NCBI GenBank assembly: GCA_030688735.1
Contig: JAUYJC010000630.1
Coordinates: 2,262 to 66,261 of the forward strand
DNA from: Deltaproteobacteria bacterium
Lineage (GTDB): Bacteria; Desulfobacterota; Binatia; UBA9968
Direction of reading: 5' to 3'
Length of the DNA: 64,000 bases
Below the pieces are notes generated by a model. That model searched no databases. It saw nothing but the letters and a program-made list of their open reading frames with translations, and had not been told where the DNA came from. Made by a program: the position numbers and the translations under genes. Positions 26,112 to 35,725 of this stretch are shown in pieces. Positions within the stretch are counted from its first letter, which is position 1; each line of letters opens with the position of its first letter.

Positions 26112-28069
26112 CCGTCATCGCCTGGGACATTGAGACGCATCCGATTGTGGACGGCTGCAACACGCCGAAGCTGGTCTGCATCTCTTCCTGCGACGGCGAG
26201 AACGCCGATCTTTTTCTCGCCACCGAAGGGCTCGTGAAGCTTCGCGAGTGGCTACTCGATCCGACGATCATTCTTGTAGGTCACAATCTGCCCTACGATC
26301 TTTGCGTCGCTTGCGTCGAAGATCCAACGCTGTTGTCGTTGGTCTTCACTGCCATCGAGCAGAACCGAATACACGACAACCAGATTCGACAAGCGGTCAT
26401 CGCCAACTACGCCGGCAAGCTCAAGTTCGAGTGGGACGCCGACTCACACAAGTGGAACAAATCCAGATTCGATCAGGCCACGCTGGTAGCCGAGTACACC
26501 GGCCGCCGCCCGAAGAAGGGCGCCGACAGTGTGCAGCTCCGCTACGGGGAAGTGGATGGTCTCGCTATCGAACATTGGCCCGAAGAGTTCATTGACTACG
26601 CGGTCGGCGACTCCATCGACGCCTTCGACGTATGGCAGGCGCAGGAAGAGGGTCTCCCCGAGAGCGGGCTACCGCAAAACTGGCGACACATGGCTCATGC
26701 GTGGGCGTTGCAACTGGCCAGCACCCGCGGCTTCCGCACCGACCGGGGCAAGACCCTCGCGCTCGAAGCCGCGCTAGGTCACGAGATGGCGGCACACATC
26801 GAGGTCGTCAAGAGCTACGGCTTCATTCGCGAGAGCAGCACCAAGAATGAGAAGGCCACCCGCGCCGCAGTTGCGCGCCTGGTCAAGCAACCGATGCTCA
26901 CCCGGACCGGGCTTATCTCACTCAAGCGCGAGCAGCTTCAGGGCGTGCCGTGTCCTGAGTGTGGGCTCGATTTCGACGCACACAAGAAAGCCGACAGCGG
27001 GTGCATGGCGCAGGGCGAGCATATCGGCCTGTGGGCCTTCAGTGAGGTCAAGCGGGTCGAGAAGCAAATCTCAACCTACATCAAGGTACTCAAGCACGGC
27101 TTCGATCACCCGATCCAGTGTCACTACAACGTTATCATCGAGACCTACCGCACCTCTTGTGCGAGGCCGAACATTCAGAACTATCCACGCTCGGGGGGCA
27201 TCCGCGACTGCATCGTGCCTCGCGAGGGGTGGGTGTTCGCGTTTTGTGATCTCGATACCGTCGAGATGGGTACATTAGCACAGACGTGCATTGATCTATT
27301 CGGCTACTCAAAACTCGCAGACGCGATCAATGCTGGTCGCGATGTTCATATAGATTTTGCGTCTAAATTGTTGCAGATTCCCTATGACGAGTGTCTAAAG
27401 AGGTACGAAGAGGGTGACCCGGAGATCGAGCGCGCTAGACAGTATTGTAAGATCTGTAACTATGGCGCCGCGGGTGGCCTTGGACCCGATGCTTTTGTTG
27501 AATACGCAAAAAACGGTTATGGGATGGACATCACCCGGGAATTTGCTGTTCGACTGCTAACACAATTTAGGGATGCGTGGGAGCTGTATGATTACTTCAG
27601 CTATTGCGCTAACAGCATCGGTCCAGAAGGAGATTGTCGGTTTTTGCAGCATCCACGTTCCAAACTTGTTCGAGGACACGTTCGGTATACGTCGGTTTGC
27701 AACTATTTTTTCCAGCACCTCGCCGCGATGCTCGCGAAAGACTCGTTGTATTTCGTGACCAAAGAGTGCTACGCAGTTCCCGACTCGCCGCTCTATGGTT
27801 CGCGCCCGTGGCTCTTCGCGCATGACGAGATCGGCTTGGAAATCCCCGAGGCGTGGATCGGCACTGCTGCTTCGTCAGACGCCGCTCGGCGAATGCAGGA
27901 GATCATGGTCGCGTGTGCGAAGCACTGGTGCCCTGATGTGACCATCGGTGCCACTGTCGCGATGGCGCGGAGCTGGCTCAAGGGGGCGAAGCCTGTTAAC
28001 GACGAGCACGGGAACCTCGTGCCAGTAAAGAAAGCCAACAAGGAGTGGATTCATGACCGAGTGGCATGA
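26108..28069 (+). CDS. family A DNA polymerase with 3'-5' exonuclease domain
   Basis: Exo motifs WDIET, GHNLPYDL, YAVGDS. Pol motifs CDLDTVEM (A), RQYCKICNYGAAGG (B), AHDEIG (C), plus ARPNIQNYPR. Confidence 0.95.
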   Translation: MTVIAWDIETHPIVDGCNTPKLVCISSCDGENADLFLATEGLVKLREWLLDPTIILVGHNLPYDLCVACVEDPTLLSLVFTAIEQNRIHDNQIRQAVIANYAGKLKFEWDADSHKWNKSRFDQATLVAEYTGRRPKKGADSVQLRYGEVDGLAIEHWPEEFIDYAVGDSIDAFDVWQAQEEGLPESGLPQNWRHMAHAWALQLASTRGFRTDRGKTLALEAALGHEMAAHIEVVKSYGFIRESSTKNEKATRAAVARLVKQPMLTRTGLISLKREQLQGVPCPECGLDFDAHKKADSGCMAQGEHIGLWAFSEVKRVEKQISTYIKVLKHGFDHPIQCHYNVIIETYRTSCARPNIQNYPRSGGIRDCIVPREGWVFAFCDLDTVEMGTLAQTCIDLFGYSKLADAINAGRDVHIDFASKLLQIPYDECLKRYEEGDPEIERARQYCKICNYGAAGGLGPDAFVEYAKNGYGMDITREFAVRLLTQFRDAWELYDYFSYCANSIGPEGDCRFLQHPRSKLVRGHVRYTSVCNYFFQHLAAMLAKDSLYFVTKECYAVPDSPLYGSRPWLFAHDEIGLEIPEAWIGTAASSDAARRMQEIMVACAKHWCPDVTIGATVAMARSWLKGAKPVNDEHGNLVPVKKANKEWIHDRVA

Positions 28070-28637
28070 AAGATTTTGGGAGAAAGTAGATCAGTCTGGA
28101 GATTGTTGGGTCTGGACGGCTGCGACTGATAAGGACGGCTACGGTATATTTCAGCTCGAAGGCAAGGCACAGAAAGCCCACCGGGTTATTTTCCTAGTGT
28201 TGAATGGAAAGCTCCCTCCCAAGGAGAAGAAGTCATGTCATTCCTGCGACAACCCTCCGTGTGTGAACCCTGAGCATTTGTGGCTTGGCTCCACAAAAGA
28301 CAATATTCACGATGCATTGTCAAAAAGGAGATTGTTTCACCAAAAAGGGGATCATCCAAAGAAGCTAGCGGCTGCGATAGCTGCATACAAAGCAGGAAAA
28401 AATACAATTGGGGAAATTGTAGAAAGGTTTGGAGTGAGTTCCAGCACCTTAAATGTACACACGAAAGAAATACCTCGTCGGAGCCTAAAAGTAGTAATCA
28501 CAGACAAACAGGTACGTGAAATCCGTGCCGCAGCCACACGCGGGGAAGCACACAAAGTCATAGCGGATCGCTACGACATCTACATCAGCACAGTTGGCAA
28601 GATCTGCCGTCGTGAAGTTAGGAGTAATGTAAAATGA
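28053..28637 (+). CDS. HNH homing endonuclease with C-terminal HTH
   Basis: FWEKVDQSGDCWVW...DGYG...AHR...CHSCDNPPCVNPEHLWLGSTKDN. Overlaps the 3' end of the polymerase gene. Confidence 0.9.
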   Translation: MTEWHERFWEKVDQSGDCWVWTAATDKDGYGIFQLEGKAQKAHRVIFLVLNGKLPPKEKKSCHSCDNPPCVNPEHLWLGSTKDNIHDALSKRRLFHQKGDHPKKLAAAIAAYKAGKNTIGEIVERFGVSSSTLNVHTKEIPRRSLKVVITDKQVREIRAAATRGEAHKVIADRYDIYISTVGKICRREVRSNVK

Positions 28638-29131
28638 TTCTGTCAATTGATCCGGGCGTGCGCCAAGCTGGCGCCGCGCTGTTCGAGAACGGCGAACTCA
28701 CCACCGCGTGGCTATCCAAGGGTGACAAAGAGATCGCCGGTCTTGTGACTTGGCCCATCGCGACGGCGTGGGCAGTTTTTGAAGACATTGGCGCGCACAC
28801 GATCCCTGACGCGATACAGCACCTCGTGATGGAGATTCCCTATATCTACCCTGCGCAGTTTCAAAAGGGTGATCAACAGGACATCATTCAGGTCGCCTTG
28901 ATGAACGGCGCCCTCGCCGGGTTGTTCTTGAACGTTCCGGGTGCGGAGATCGTGACCTACCTACCAAAACAGTGGAAGGGACAGGTACCCAAAGACACGA
29001 TGATCGAGCGCATCAAGAGCAAGCTCGATACCGAGGAGCTGAGCCGGGTGCAGATCGTCGAAGACAAGAAACACCAGAAGGACATCTGGGACGCTGTTGG
29101 CGTCGGTCTCAAGTACGTAGGGCGGCTATGA
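28634..29131 (+). CDS. RuvC-like Holliday junction resolvase
   Basis: MILSIDPGVRQAGAALF N-terminus (catalytic Asp motif). 165 aa, with acidic residues spaced as in RuvC. Confidence 0.7.
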   Translation: MILSIDPGVRQAGAALFENGELTTAWLSKGDKEIAGLVTWPIATAWAVFEDIGAHTIPDAIQHLVMEIPYIYPAQFQKGDQQDIIQVALMNGALAGLFLNVPGAEIVTYLPKQWKGQVPKDTMIERIKSKLDTEELSRVQIVEDKKHQKDIWDAVGVGLKYVGRL

Positions 29132-29331
29132 GCAAGTCGATGCGTAACCCCAAGAAGGTCCGCGTCGATTTTGACATTTGGCCGGAAGAGAAAAAAGTCC
29201 TCGACAAGCTTGCGAAGAAGTACCGGGTCACGCGGACGGAAGTGATTCGCTATCTGATCCGCAAAGCCGGCGATCTGCCGGCGATGCTCGTGCCGACTAC
29301 GCAGGAAGAGATGAGTGACGGAGCCAGCTAA
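29128..29331 (+). CDS. ribbon-helix-helix (CopG/Arc-like) DNA-binding protein
   Basis: 67 aa. VRVDFDIWPEEKKVLDKLAKKYRVTRTEVIRYLI fits a beta-alpha-alpha pattern. ATGA overlap. Confidence 0.55.
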   Translation: MSKSMRNPKKVRVDFDIWPEEKKVLDKLAKKYRVTRTEVIRYLIRKAGDLPAMLVPTTQEEMSDGAS

Positions 29332-30142
29332 AGCTCTCGGCCTACTTCGATGGGCTGGCGGAAAAAAGTGGGCCACCAAATACCTCGGTCCCGCTTTTCA
29401 CAACTATCTCTCCACGGGCAAGCAATACGTCGAACCCTTCCTCGGCTCGGCGGCGATGGCTGCCTACTTAGGGCATCACAATGCCATACTCACCGACGTG
29501 ATCCCGGACCTGATTGAATTTTACGAGTGTGTTCAGAGAGACCCAGCGCGACTAGCGTGGGCGCTCTCAGTTTACGCAACCTATGGTGTCGACAAAGCGG
29601 CCTACCTTCAAGTGAGAGATGACCATCCCGAGGACAAACTCTTCCGCGCCGCTCGCGTCGTCTATCTCAATCGTCTGAGCTTCAATGGGCTCTGGCGTGT
29701 GAACAAGTCCGGGAAGCACAATGTCCCCTATCGAGAATCGGCGATAAAACGAAAGTCTTTTGAAGCCCTATCACAATCCCTACAGGGGGCCGACCTCGCC
29801 TGTCTCGACTTCGCCCCCGTCATCGGCATTGCCGAGCCCGGGGCACTCATCTACGCCGATCCGCCCTACCATGGGGTCTACGACAGCTACACGGCCGAGG
29901 GCTTCTCTGAGTTCGACCAAGAGAGGTTGGCGATGGCGCTCTGGGAAGCTCACACCCGCGGCTGCAAGGTTGTACTTCACAACTCCAACACCGAATTGAT
30001 TCAACACCTTTATTCTGACTGGCTCACGGTCGTGCCCGTGGACGAGAGACGGAGCATTGCAGCCGACCCGAGTAGCCGAGATCACGCTAAGTGCGTGGTT
30101 GCAACCAACGACGTGGAGCTGCTAGGCTCTCTGGCGTGTTGA
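29315..30142 (+). CDS. dam: DNA adenine methyltransferase (Dam / D12 class)
   Basis: LRWAGGKKW, EPFLGSAAM (SAM binding) and IYADPPY (catalytic DPPY). Confidence 0.9.
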   Translation: MTEPAKALGLLRWAGGKKWATKYLGPAFHNYLSTGKQYVEPFLGSAAMAAYLGHHNAILTDVIPDLIEFYECVQRDPARLAWALSVYATYGVDKAAYLQVRDDHPEDKLFRAARVVYLNRLSFNGLWRVNKSGKHNVPYRESAIKRKSFEALSQSLQGADLACLDFAPVIGIAEPGALIYADPPYHGVYDSYTAEGFSEFDQERLAMALWEAHTRGCKVVLHNSNTELIQHLYSDWLTVVPVDERRSIAADPSSRDHAKCVVATNDVELLGSLAC

Positions 30143-30158
30143 TGAGAAGACAAAGGGA

Positions 30159-31010
30159 ATGAAGAAGCTGAACCCCATCCTCGCCGATCCCAAAGTCAGC
30201 TTTCATCGCATTCGCGACCCAAAGCGACTCAAAGAGTTCGCCGAAGATCCCCACATAGGTGTTCACACCTCGGGAACTTGGAATATTGCCGCCGCCTACG
30301 CCATGGGCGCATGGCGTCAGAACAGCCAAAATGGTTACCCCGTCGTCATCACCCTCGATGTCACCGGGCTCGACGCGCTGCCGGATGTTGACGCCATGCT
30401 CAAGGCAAAGGAAGAACTCTACAGCTATACGCGCAGTGAAGCGTTGAGGTCACTCCAAAGTGAAGACGACCTTTGGCAGATTGCCGATCAGTGGTCTGAG
30501 TTCGAGTACGAAAGGTCGAGCACTCCTGAGCAGGTGATCTTTGCCGAGTCTCAAGATCACTTGAACCCCTTTGCTGCCATCCTCAACATCTACGACGGCG
30601 AAGAGGCAGACCGCATTGCCTGGAAGTGGGCCAAGGGTGGCACTCTACCCGATCAGGTGCTCATCCACCTCGTCGATCAGCGCCGATACTTGAACGATTT
30701 TTACGAGGATCGGGTCGTCAAGATTGAGACCTTCCGGCCTTGGTCTGAAGAAATCATTGACTCGTATTGGGATGAGCCGACTCGGGAAGAAGAACAACTC
30801 AAAGCCGCTGGCTACCACGTCATCATCACGGAAGACATCCTCGACAGTGGCGCCGATTTCTCCAGCGAGAAGGTTACACTCTACACCCGCCCCGGCCCGG
30901 AACCGGTCGAAACCCAGTACCACGGCACCGTGTCGTTCATGGCCCAGATGGCGCTTCCAGACATCGAGCTACCCGACCCCGAGGGTAACTACTGGAATAT
31001 TGAGGACTAG
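30159..31010 (+). CDS. hypothetical protein
   Basis: 283-aa ORF. Confidence 0.7.
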   Translation: MKKLNPILADPKVSFHRIRDPKRLKEFAEDPHIGVHTSGTWNIAAAYAMGAWRQNSQNGYPVVITLDVTGLDALPDVDAMLKAKEELYSYTRSEALRSLQSEDDLWQIADQWSEFEYERSSTPEQVIFAESQDHLNPFAAILNIYDGEEADRIAWKWAKGGTLPDQVLIHLVDQRRYLNDFYEDRVVKIETFRPWSEEIIDSYWDEPTREEEQLKAAGYHVIITEDILDSGADFSSEKVTLYTRPGPEPVETQYHGTVSFMAQMALPDIELPDPEGNYWNIED

Positions 31011-31110
31011 ATAGCCAGTGGCGCCAAGCTCTGGTAATCTTTCCAGACACTTGATATAAGTCGGCTTGTGCGTCGAAGCTCTCCGGCGGCGCGCACAAGG
31101 AGAACACTAG

Positions 31111-31677
31111 ATGCCCAAAGTAGTGAAGCGCGGCAACAGCCCGGCCGCTTTCCGCCGGAAACGAAAAACCATCTCGAAGCCCAAAGCGAAGCCCAATCCT
31201 CCGCTCGGCGCGGACATGACAGAACTCATCATTCCCGGCTTCGTCGCTTACGCAGGTACACGTCTTCTCGCTCGTATTGTTCACTCCCTGGCGAAGAAGC
31301 GGTTCCCGAATGGTGGCAAGCACGTCGCCGTACTGAGTTCTCTTGCCGCGGCTGGTGGGACATGGCTCATCGCCCATCGAATCCCCCAGGTCGAGAAGTA
31401 CCACACCCCTGCGACCATCGGCGCGTCCATCGCCGCAGCTCAGACGGTGGTACAGACCTACTTCCCGAAGTACGGCTGGATGGTCGCCGACCTCCCCAAT
31501 GACACGACGGGGAGCGCGCTGACCTCGGGCTCGGTAAAAGCCATGCTACCCCCGCCGCCTGCGTCGGACGATGATGACATTCTCGATGGCATCGACACCG
31601 ATGGGGGCATCCTCGGCAGCGCGGGCTTGCTCAGTGACAGCGACTTGGACGAACTCGAAGAGCTGACGATGCACTAA
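31111..31677 (+). CDS. membrane protein with basic N-terminus and acidic C-terminus
   Basis: 188 aa with about three hydrophobic helices; AAGGAG upstream. Confidence 0.7.
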   Translation: MPKVVKRGNSPAAFRRKRKTISKPKAKPNPPLGADMTELIIPGFVAYAGTRLLARIVHSLAKKRFPNGGKHVAVLSSLAAAGGTWLIAHRIPQVEKYHTPATIGASIAAAQTVVQTYFPKYGWMVADLPNDTTGSALTSGSVKAMLPPPPASDDDDILDGIDTDGGILGSAGLLSDSDLDELEELTMH

Positions 31678-31689
31678 AGTATGTGAGTG

Positions 31690-32511
31690 ATGCACCAAAA
31701 CCCACCCTGGTCGAACCGCGCTCTGAAGCAGCACTGGGCCGAGATCCGGACGGTCGGGTTGCCTATGCCCGTCGAAGACGAGAAGCGGTGGGTCTTCAAG
31801 GAGTACGGCACCGGGCACTTCGGCGTCGTGATGCCCACGGATACCAAGGGCACTGTTTTCAAGCTCACCAGCGATCACACTGAATCGGACTTCATCCAGC
31901 TCACCGAGGGACTCCGCGAAGAGGGTCGGTGGCCGGTTGGCATTGTCGACTACTACGCCATCATCCCGCTCACCTTCACGTTCCGGCGGCGACAGGTGTT
32001 CGCGATCTGGCGCGAGGAAGCCTACGAGGTTGGCTACCTGACTCACCCAGGCTACCTCGTCGACGAGTGGGAGCAACAATGCCGCAACCAATTTGCTCTA
32101 CGACTCAGCCAGTTCAAAGACCATGCAGCCCGATTTCGGATCACGCTGAACAACTCCAGACAGCCTGGCAAGATTTGGGCTGAGGCAAAGGACCTCGACC
32201 GCTGGGCTTGGAACAAGATCGGTGGTGAGGATGCCGAGGGTAAGTCACAGCATAGCTATCCAAACATCATCACGGGCCAGCGCGGCGCCTATCGACTAGC
32301 CGCCTCGTGGCGCGCGTGTGAGATCATCGCCGAACTCATGGAGAACGAACATCGATCTAGTGAGGTTGGCACTGCTTTTTCCACCTTCATGTCACACGGG
32401 TACCTGTTAGCCGACGTTCACCAAGGCAACATTGGGATGGTCCCGCGCGAAGACTACCAGGGGAAGATCTGGGTCATCACTGACCCTGGACACGTTGTGG
32501 TGTTGCCATAA
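31690..32511 (+). CDS. protein-kinase-like fold protein
   Basis: YGTGHFGVV (Gly loop), VFKL (Lys), LLADVHQGNIGM (D-x-H-x-x-N catalytic loop as in APH/Kdo/RIO-type kinases), VITDPG (metal-binding Asp). Confidence 0.55.
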   Translation: MHQNPPWSNRALKQHWAEIRTVGLPMPVEDEKRWVFKEYGTGHFGVVMPTDTKGTVFKLTSDHTESDFIQLTEGLREEGRWPVGIVDYYAIIPLTFTFRRRQVFAIWREEAYEVGYLTHPGYLVDEWEQQCRNQFALRLSQFKDHAARFRITLNNSRQPGKIWAEAKDLDRWAWNKIGGEDAEGKSQHSYPNIITGQRGAYRLAASWRACEIIAELMENEHRSSEVGTAFSTFMSHGYLLADVHQGNIGMVPREDYQGKIWVITDPGHVVVLP

Positions 32512-32528
32512 CTTGACAACCCACCCCC

Positions 32529-32552
32529 GAAGGATGTATCAAAACATCCTTC
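32529..32552 (+). terminator. 8-bp hairpin between the kinase-like and wHTH genes (weak terminator or RBS-occluding stem)
   Basis: GAAGGATG-tatcaaaa-CATCCTTC. No clear U-tract follows. Confidence 0.3.
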
Positions 32553-32555
32553 TCA

Positions 32556-32843
32556 ATGGCGAAGCGAAGTAACCCACCGGCTAATCGTCGACTTGGCGTC
32601 GCTGCCAAGCAGGTGCTCTTCGCCATCGCCTCTTTTCCAGAGTCGGTCTCCATCACGAAGGCCCAGATTCTAAGGAAAATTCCATACCCATCAGAAACGG
32701 GTGTGCCGCAGACTATCAACCGTTTGCGTCGCAGTGGCCATGTCGCGCGTACCAACGGCGCTGGCCCCGGGACCATCGGCACGTATCGGCTCACGCCGAC
32801 CGGCAAAAAGACACTTCAGCAGCTCAAGGAGGGTGCATCGTGA
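32556..32843 (+). CDS. winged-helix DNA-binding protein (MarR-like pattern)
   Basis: 95 aa; SITKAQILRKIP...VPQTINRLRRSGHVART. Confidence 0.5.
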   Translation: MAKRSNPPANRRLGVAAKQVLFAIASFPESVSITKAQILRKIPYPSETGVPQTINRLRRSGHVARTNGAGPGTIGTYRLTPTGKKTLQQLKEGAS

Positions 32844-33238
32844 AAACAGGATTCCTATCTGCCGTCCCGTGTGATCACTGTGGGCAGCCGAACAACTTAT
32901 CAGCACAGCACGCCAATCTCGGTGGCAATCAGAGTTTCGCCTCGGGCATCACCACTGAGACGAAGTTTGAGTGTGATCATTGCGCTCGCCACAACGTCGT
33001 CACAGGCACTTTCAAGGACCCATATATCTGGGTTCAAATCGGACTCACGGTGGTATCAGGACCGGCGAGCAACGTGCCTTGTCCGCAGTGTGGGAACCAC
33101 GACAACTTCCAGGGCGTTCTATCGTTCATGCCGGTTGGTGATCTTAATGGTGCTGTGAACACCTGTGTTCATTGCGACGCTGAACAGAAAATTGTGGGTA
33201 TCAAAACAGAAATGAGGGTCCGAGTTGCTGCGCAATAA
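32840..33238 (+). CDS. tandem zinc-ribbon protein
   Basis: Four CxxC pairs (CDHCG, CDHCA, CPQCG, CVHCD). Confidence 0.6.
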   Translation: MKTGFLSAVPCDHCGQPNNLSAQHANLGGNQSFASGITTETKFECDHCARHNVVTGTFKDPYIWVQIGLTVVSGPASNVPCPQCGNHDNFQGVLSFMPVGDLNGAVNTCVHCDAEQKIVGIKTEMRVRVAAQ

Positions 33239-33536
33239 ATCCGATTCTGAAATCCGGGACTTCATCCTCGCCCGCGTTCTGGCCGCGCTGGTTCGCGTCG
33301 ACAACGCCACCGAGGCACTCAAGGCCATCACGCAAATGATTATCGAGCCCGAAGGAAAGGAAAAGGATGAAGAAATCTTGGAACTCCTCGAAATCATCGC
33401 CGATGACACGGGCGGCGCGGCTCGTAGCGTGGAAGCTATCCAAGCCGTTTTTGAAGAGGCGCCGTCGTTATCTCTGTTCGACGGTGAGCCCGACTTTGGA
33501 GATGATGACGAGAAAGCCGAAGAAGACGATGACTGA
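33225..33536 (+). CDS. acidic hypothetical protein
   Basis: 103 aa with a TTG start and an Asp/Glu-rich C-terminus. Confidence 0.45.
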   Translation: MLRNKSDSEIRDFILARVLAALVRVDNATEALKAITQMIIEPEGKEKDEEILELLEIIADDTGGAARSVEAIQAVFEEAPSLSLFDGEPDFGDDDEKAEEDDD

Positions 33537-34092
33537 GAGCTACTACGATAGCGTTTGGCCTGAAAATGCGAGGACCGAAGGCAGATATGTACTAGTTCGG
33601 AGTCATTATACTCCACTACTCTTTGAGTGGATCGCGCAAACAAAAGGCGATCTGCTCGGCGAGCCCGAGAAGATTTGGCTCTTCCTACTTGACGACCCGA
33701 CGTGGTTTCGTCGCCTCACGCCGGAATCGTGGCACAACCTCAATAGCCCTCAAGGGGGTATTCCTAAGAACGTGTGGGCAGGGGTAAAAATTGACAGTCC
33801 CGAGGACATCCAAAACATCCCGGAACTCCGACGCATCCGAGCCCGTCGACTTTTTCTGGAGTGCAACCTCGAAGAGAATGGATCAAATGAAGCACTATCC
33901 AAAGAGCTTAACGCCTGGCGGTGTAAGTCCTGCGGAATGCGCGGCGAAGAAAAACAGCGCGATTGCCCGAACATTCATCTCTGTGACCGTGACACGCTCT
34001 CGCCACAAATCGAGTGGATTGTGGGCAAGGCGGCACACACGATAGCTACTCCTTTGAGCATCATACTTTGGCCGGAGCGACCCAATGACTGA
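33529..34092 (+). CDS. hypothetical protein
   Basis: ATG 33529 inside listed ORF 33367..34092; product starts MTESYYDSVWPEN. Confidence 0.6.
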   Translation: MTESYYDSVWPENARTEGRYVLVRSHYTPLLFEWIAQTKGDLLGEPEKIWLFLLDDPTWFRRLTPESWHNLNSPQGGIPKNVWAGVKIDSPEDIQNIPELRRIRARRLFLECNLEENGSNEALSKELNAWRCKSCGMRGEEKQRDCPNIHLCDRDTLSPQIEWIVGKAAHTIATPLSIILWPERPND

Positions 34093-35725
34093 GACTGAGC
34101 GAGAAATCTGGTACGCCATTCCCACCTGCAACGTCCCACGGGCACAGGCCACGCTGAAGAAGTGGAAAGAGAAGGGCTACAAGACCATCGCACTATTGGA
34201 CGGCAAGGTCGAAGATCACGCAGCAGTCGGCGCCGACGTGGTGTTGTTTCGCGACAAGTACGAGGGCTATTACGTCTCTGCGCGGCTCATGGCGCAGAAG
34301 CTCAGAGAGAAGCTTGGCGACTACCCCGACATCATGGTCTGCGGCGGCGACGACATGGACCCCGATCCGAAACTCCACGCGCAAGCCATTGCGGCTCAGT
34401 GCTACGAGAAGTTCCCTGACGGCTACTTTGTCATGCAGCCCATCGGCGACGACCTGCAAGGCACTGACAAGATCTGCGGCTCGCCATGGTTCGGTAAGGA
34501 GTGGCTCAAGAGGTCCTACAACGGCAACGGCCCCTTCTGCGGGCAATACTTCCAATTCTACGGTGATGAAGAACTCAGGTACGTCGCCGACATACGCAAG
34601 GTGCTCTGGCAGCGACCTGATCTCGCGCAGCGTCATCACCACTGGCTTCGCCCCGGCATCAAGAAAGAGAAGTACCAGTCGGTGAACGAGGTGAAGTATT
34701 GGGAAAAGGACAAGGCCACGTTCGCCGGACGCCAGACAAAAGGCTTCCCCGGATCATATCGGCAGTGTACGTTCCCTGCCGGCGCTAAGGTTGTGGTGAC
34801 CGGCGCTGGTGGCTTTATTGGTCACCACCTATCAAATCGACTCGTCGCCGAAGGCGCCGATGTTTTCAGTATTGACCGCAAGCACCCCGAGTGGGGCGAT
34901 CACCCTTCGCGGGATTTCATGCTTGTCGATTTGCGTTGCATCGAAGATTTCCTCAGTGGTCAAGACTTTGTTTTCCATCTCGCTGCGGAAATGGGTGGTA
35001 TCGGCTACATCGAGAACAACAAGGGAGACATCGTATCGAGTTCAACTCGCATAGATCTGAACGTCCTTGATGCCTCCTATCGGAGCAAGGTCGGTCGATT
35101 CCTCTATACGTCCTCAGCGTGTGTCTATCCAGGCTACCGTCAGAACGATCTCAATAACCCCGGGCTCAGAGAGTCGGACGCCTACCCCGCCGACGCGGAA
35201 GACGGCTACGGCTGGCAGAAGCTCTACACCGAGCGCCTGTGTCGCCACTACCGCAAGGACTTCGGCCTCGATACTCGCATCGCGCGGCTGCACAACATCT
35301 TCGGTCCGCTGGGGACCTACGATGGCGGCCGAGAGAAGGCGCCGGCTGCCATGTGTCGTAAGATCGCCATGGCCAAGGACGGGGACCCTATCGAGGTCTG
35401 GGGCGATGGCAAACAGACACGATCCTACTGCTACGTCGACGATTGCGTTGAGGGTCTGATTCGCCTCATGCTCTTCGACTACAACAAGCCCATCAACATC
35501 GGCACCGATGAAATGGTGTCGGTCAACAAGCTCATCGAGCACGTCGAGGCCGTGTCCGGTAAAAAGGTCAAGCGGGTCTACGACCAGACCAAGCCTAAGG
35601 GCGTTCGTGGGCGCAACGCCAACCTTGATCTTGTCAAAGTTGTCCTCGACTGGTCGCCGACGCGCACCCTCAAAGAAGGGCTGGCAGAGACCTACCCTTG
35701 GATTGCAGAGCAGGTACAGAAGTGA
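34085..35725 (+). CDS. fusion protein: unknown N-terminal domain + GDP-mannose-3,5-epimerase-like SDR domain
   Basis: From ~aa 235: VVVTGAGGFIGHH (Rossmann), SSACVYP, YGWQKLYTE (YxxxK), REKAPAAMCRKIA, WGDGKQTRSYCYVDDCVEG. This closely resembles GME-type epimerases. Confidence 0.8.
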   Translation: MTETEREIWYAIPTCNVPRAQATLKKWKEKGYKTIALLDGKVEDHAAVGADVVLFRDKYEGYYVSARLMAQKLREKLGDYPDIMVCGGDDMDPDPKLHAQAIAAQCYEKFPDGYFVMQPIGDDLQGTDKICGSPWFGKEWLKRSYNGNGPFCGQYFQFYGDEELRYVADIRKVLWQRPDLAQRHHHWLRPGIKKEKYQSVNEVKYWEKDKATFAGRQTKGFPGSYRQCTFPAGAKVVVTGAGGFIGHHLSNRLVAEGADVFSIDRKHPEWGDHPSRDFMLVDLRCIEDFLSGQDFVFHLAAEMGGIGYIENNKGDIVSSSTRIDLNVLDASYRSKVGRFLYTSSACVYPGYRQNDLNNPGLRESDAYPADAEDGYGWQKLYTERLCRHYRKDFGLDTRIARLHNIFGPLGTYDGGREKAPAAMCRKIAMAKDGDPIEVWGDGKQTRSYCYVDDCVEGLIRLMLFDYNKPINIGTDEMVSVNKLIEHVEAVSGKKVKRVYDQTKPKGVRGRNANLDLVKVVLDWSPTRTLKEGLAETYPWIAEQVQK

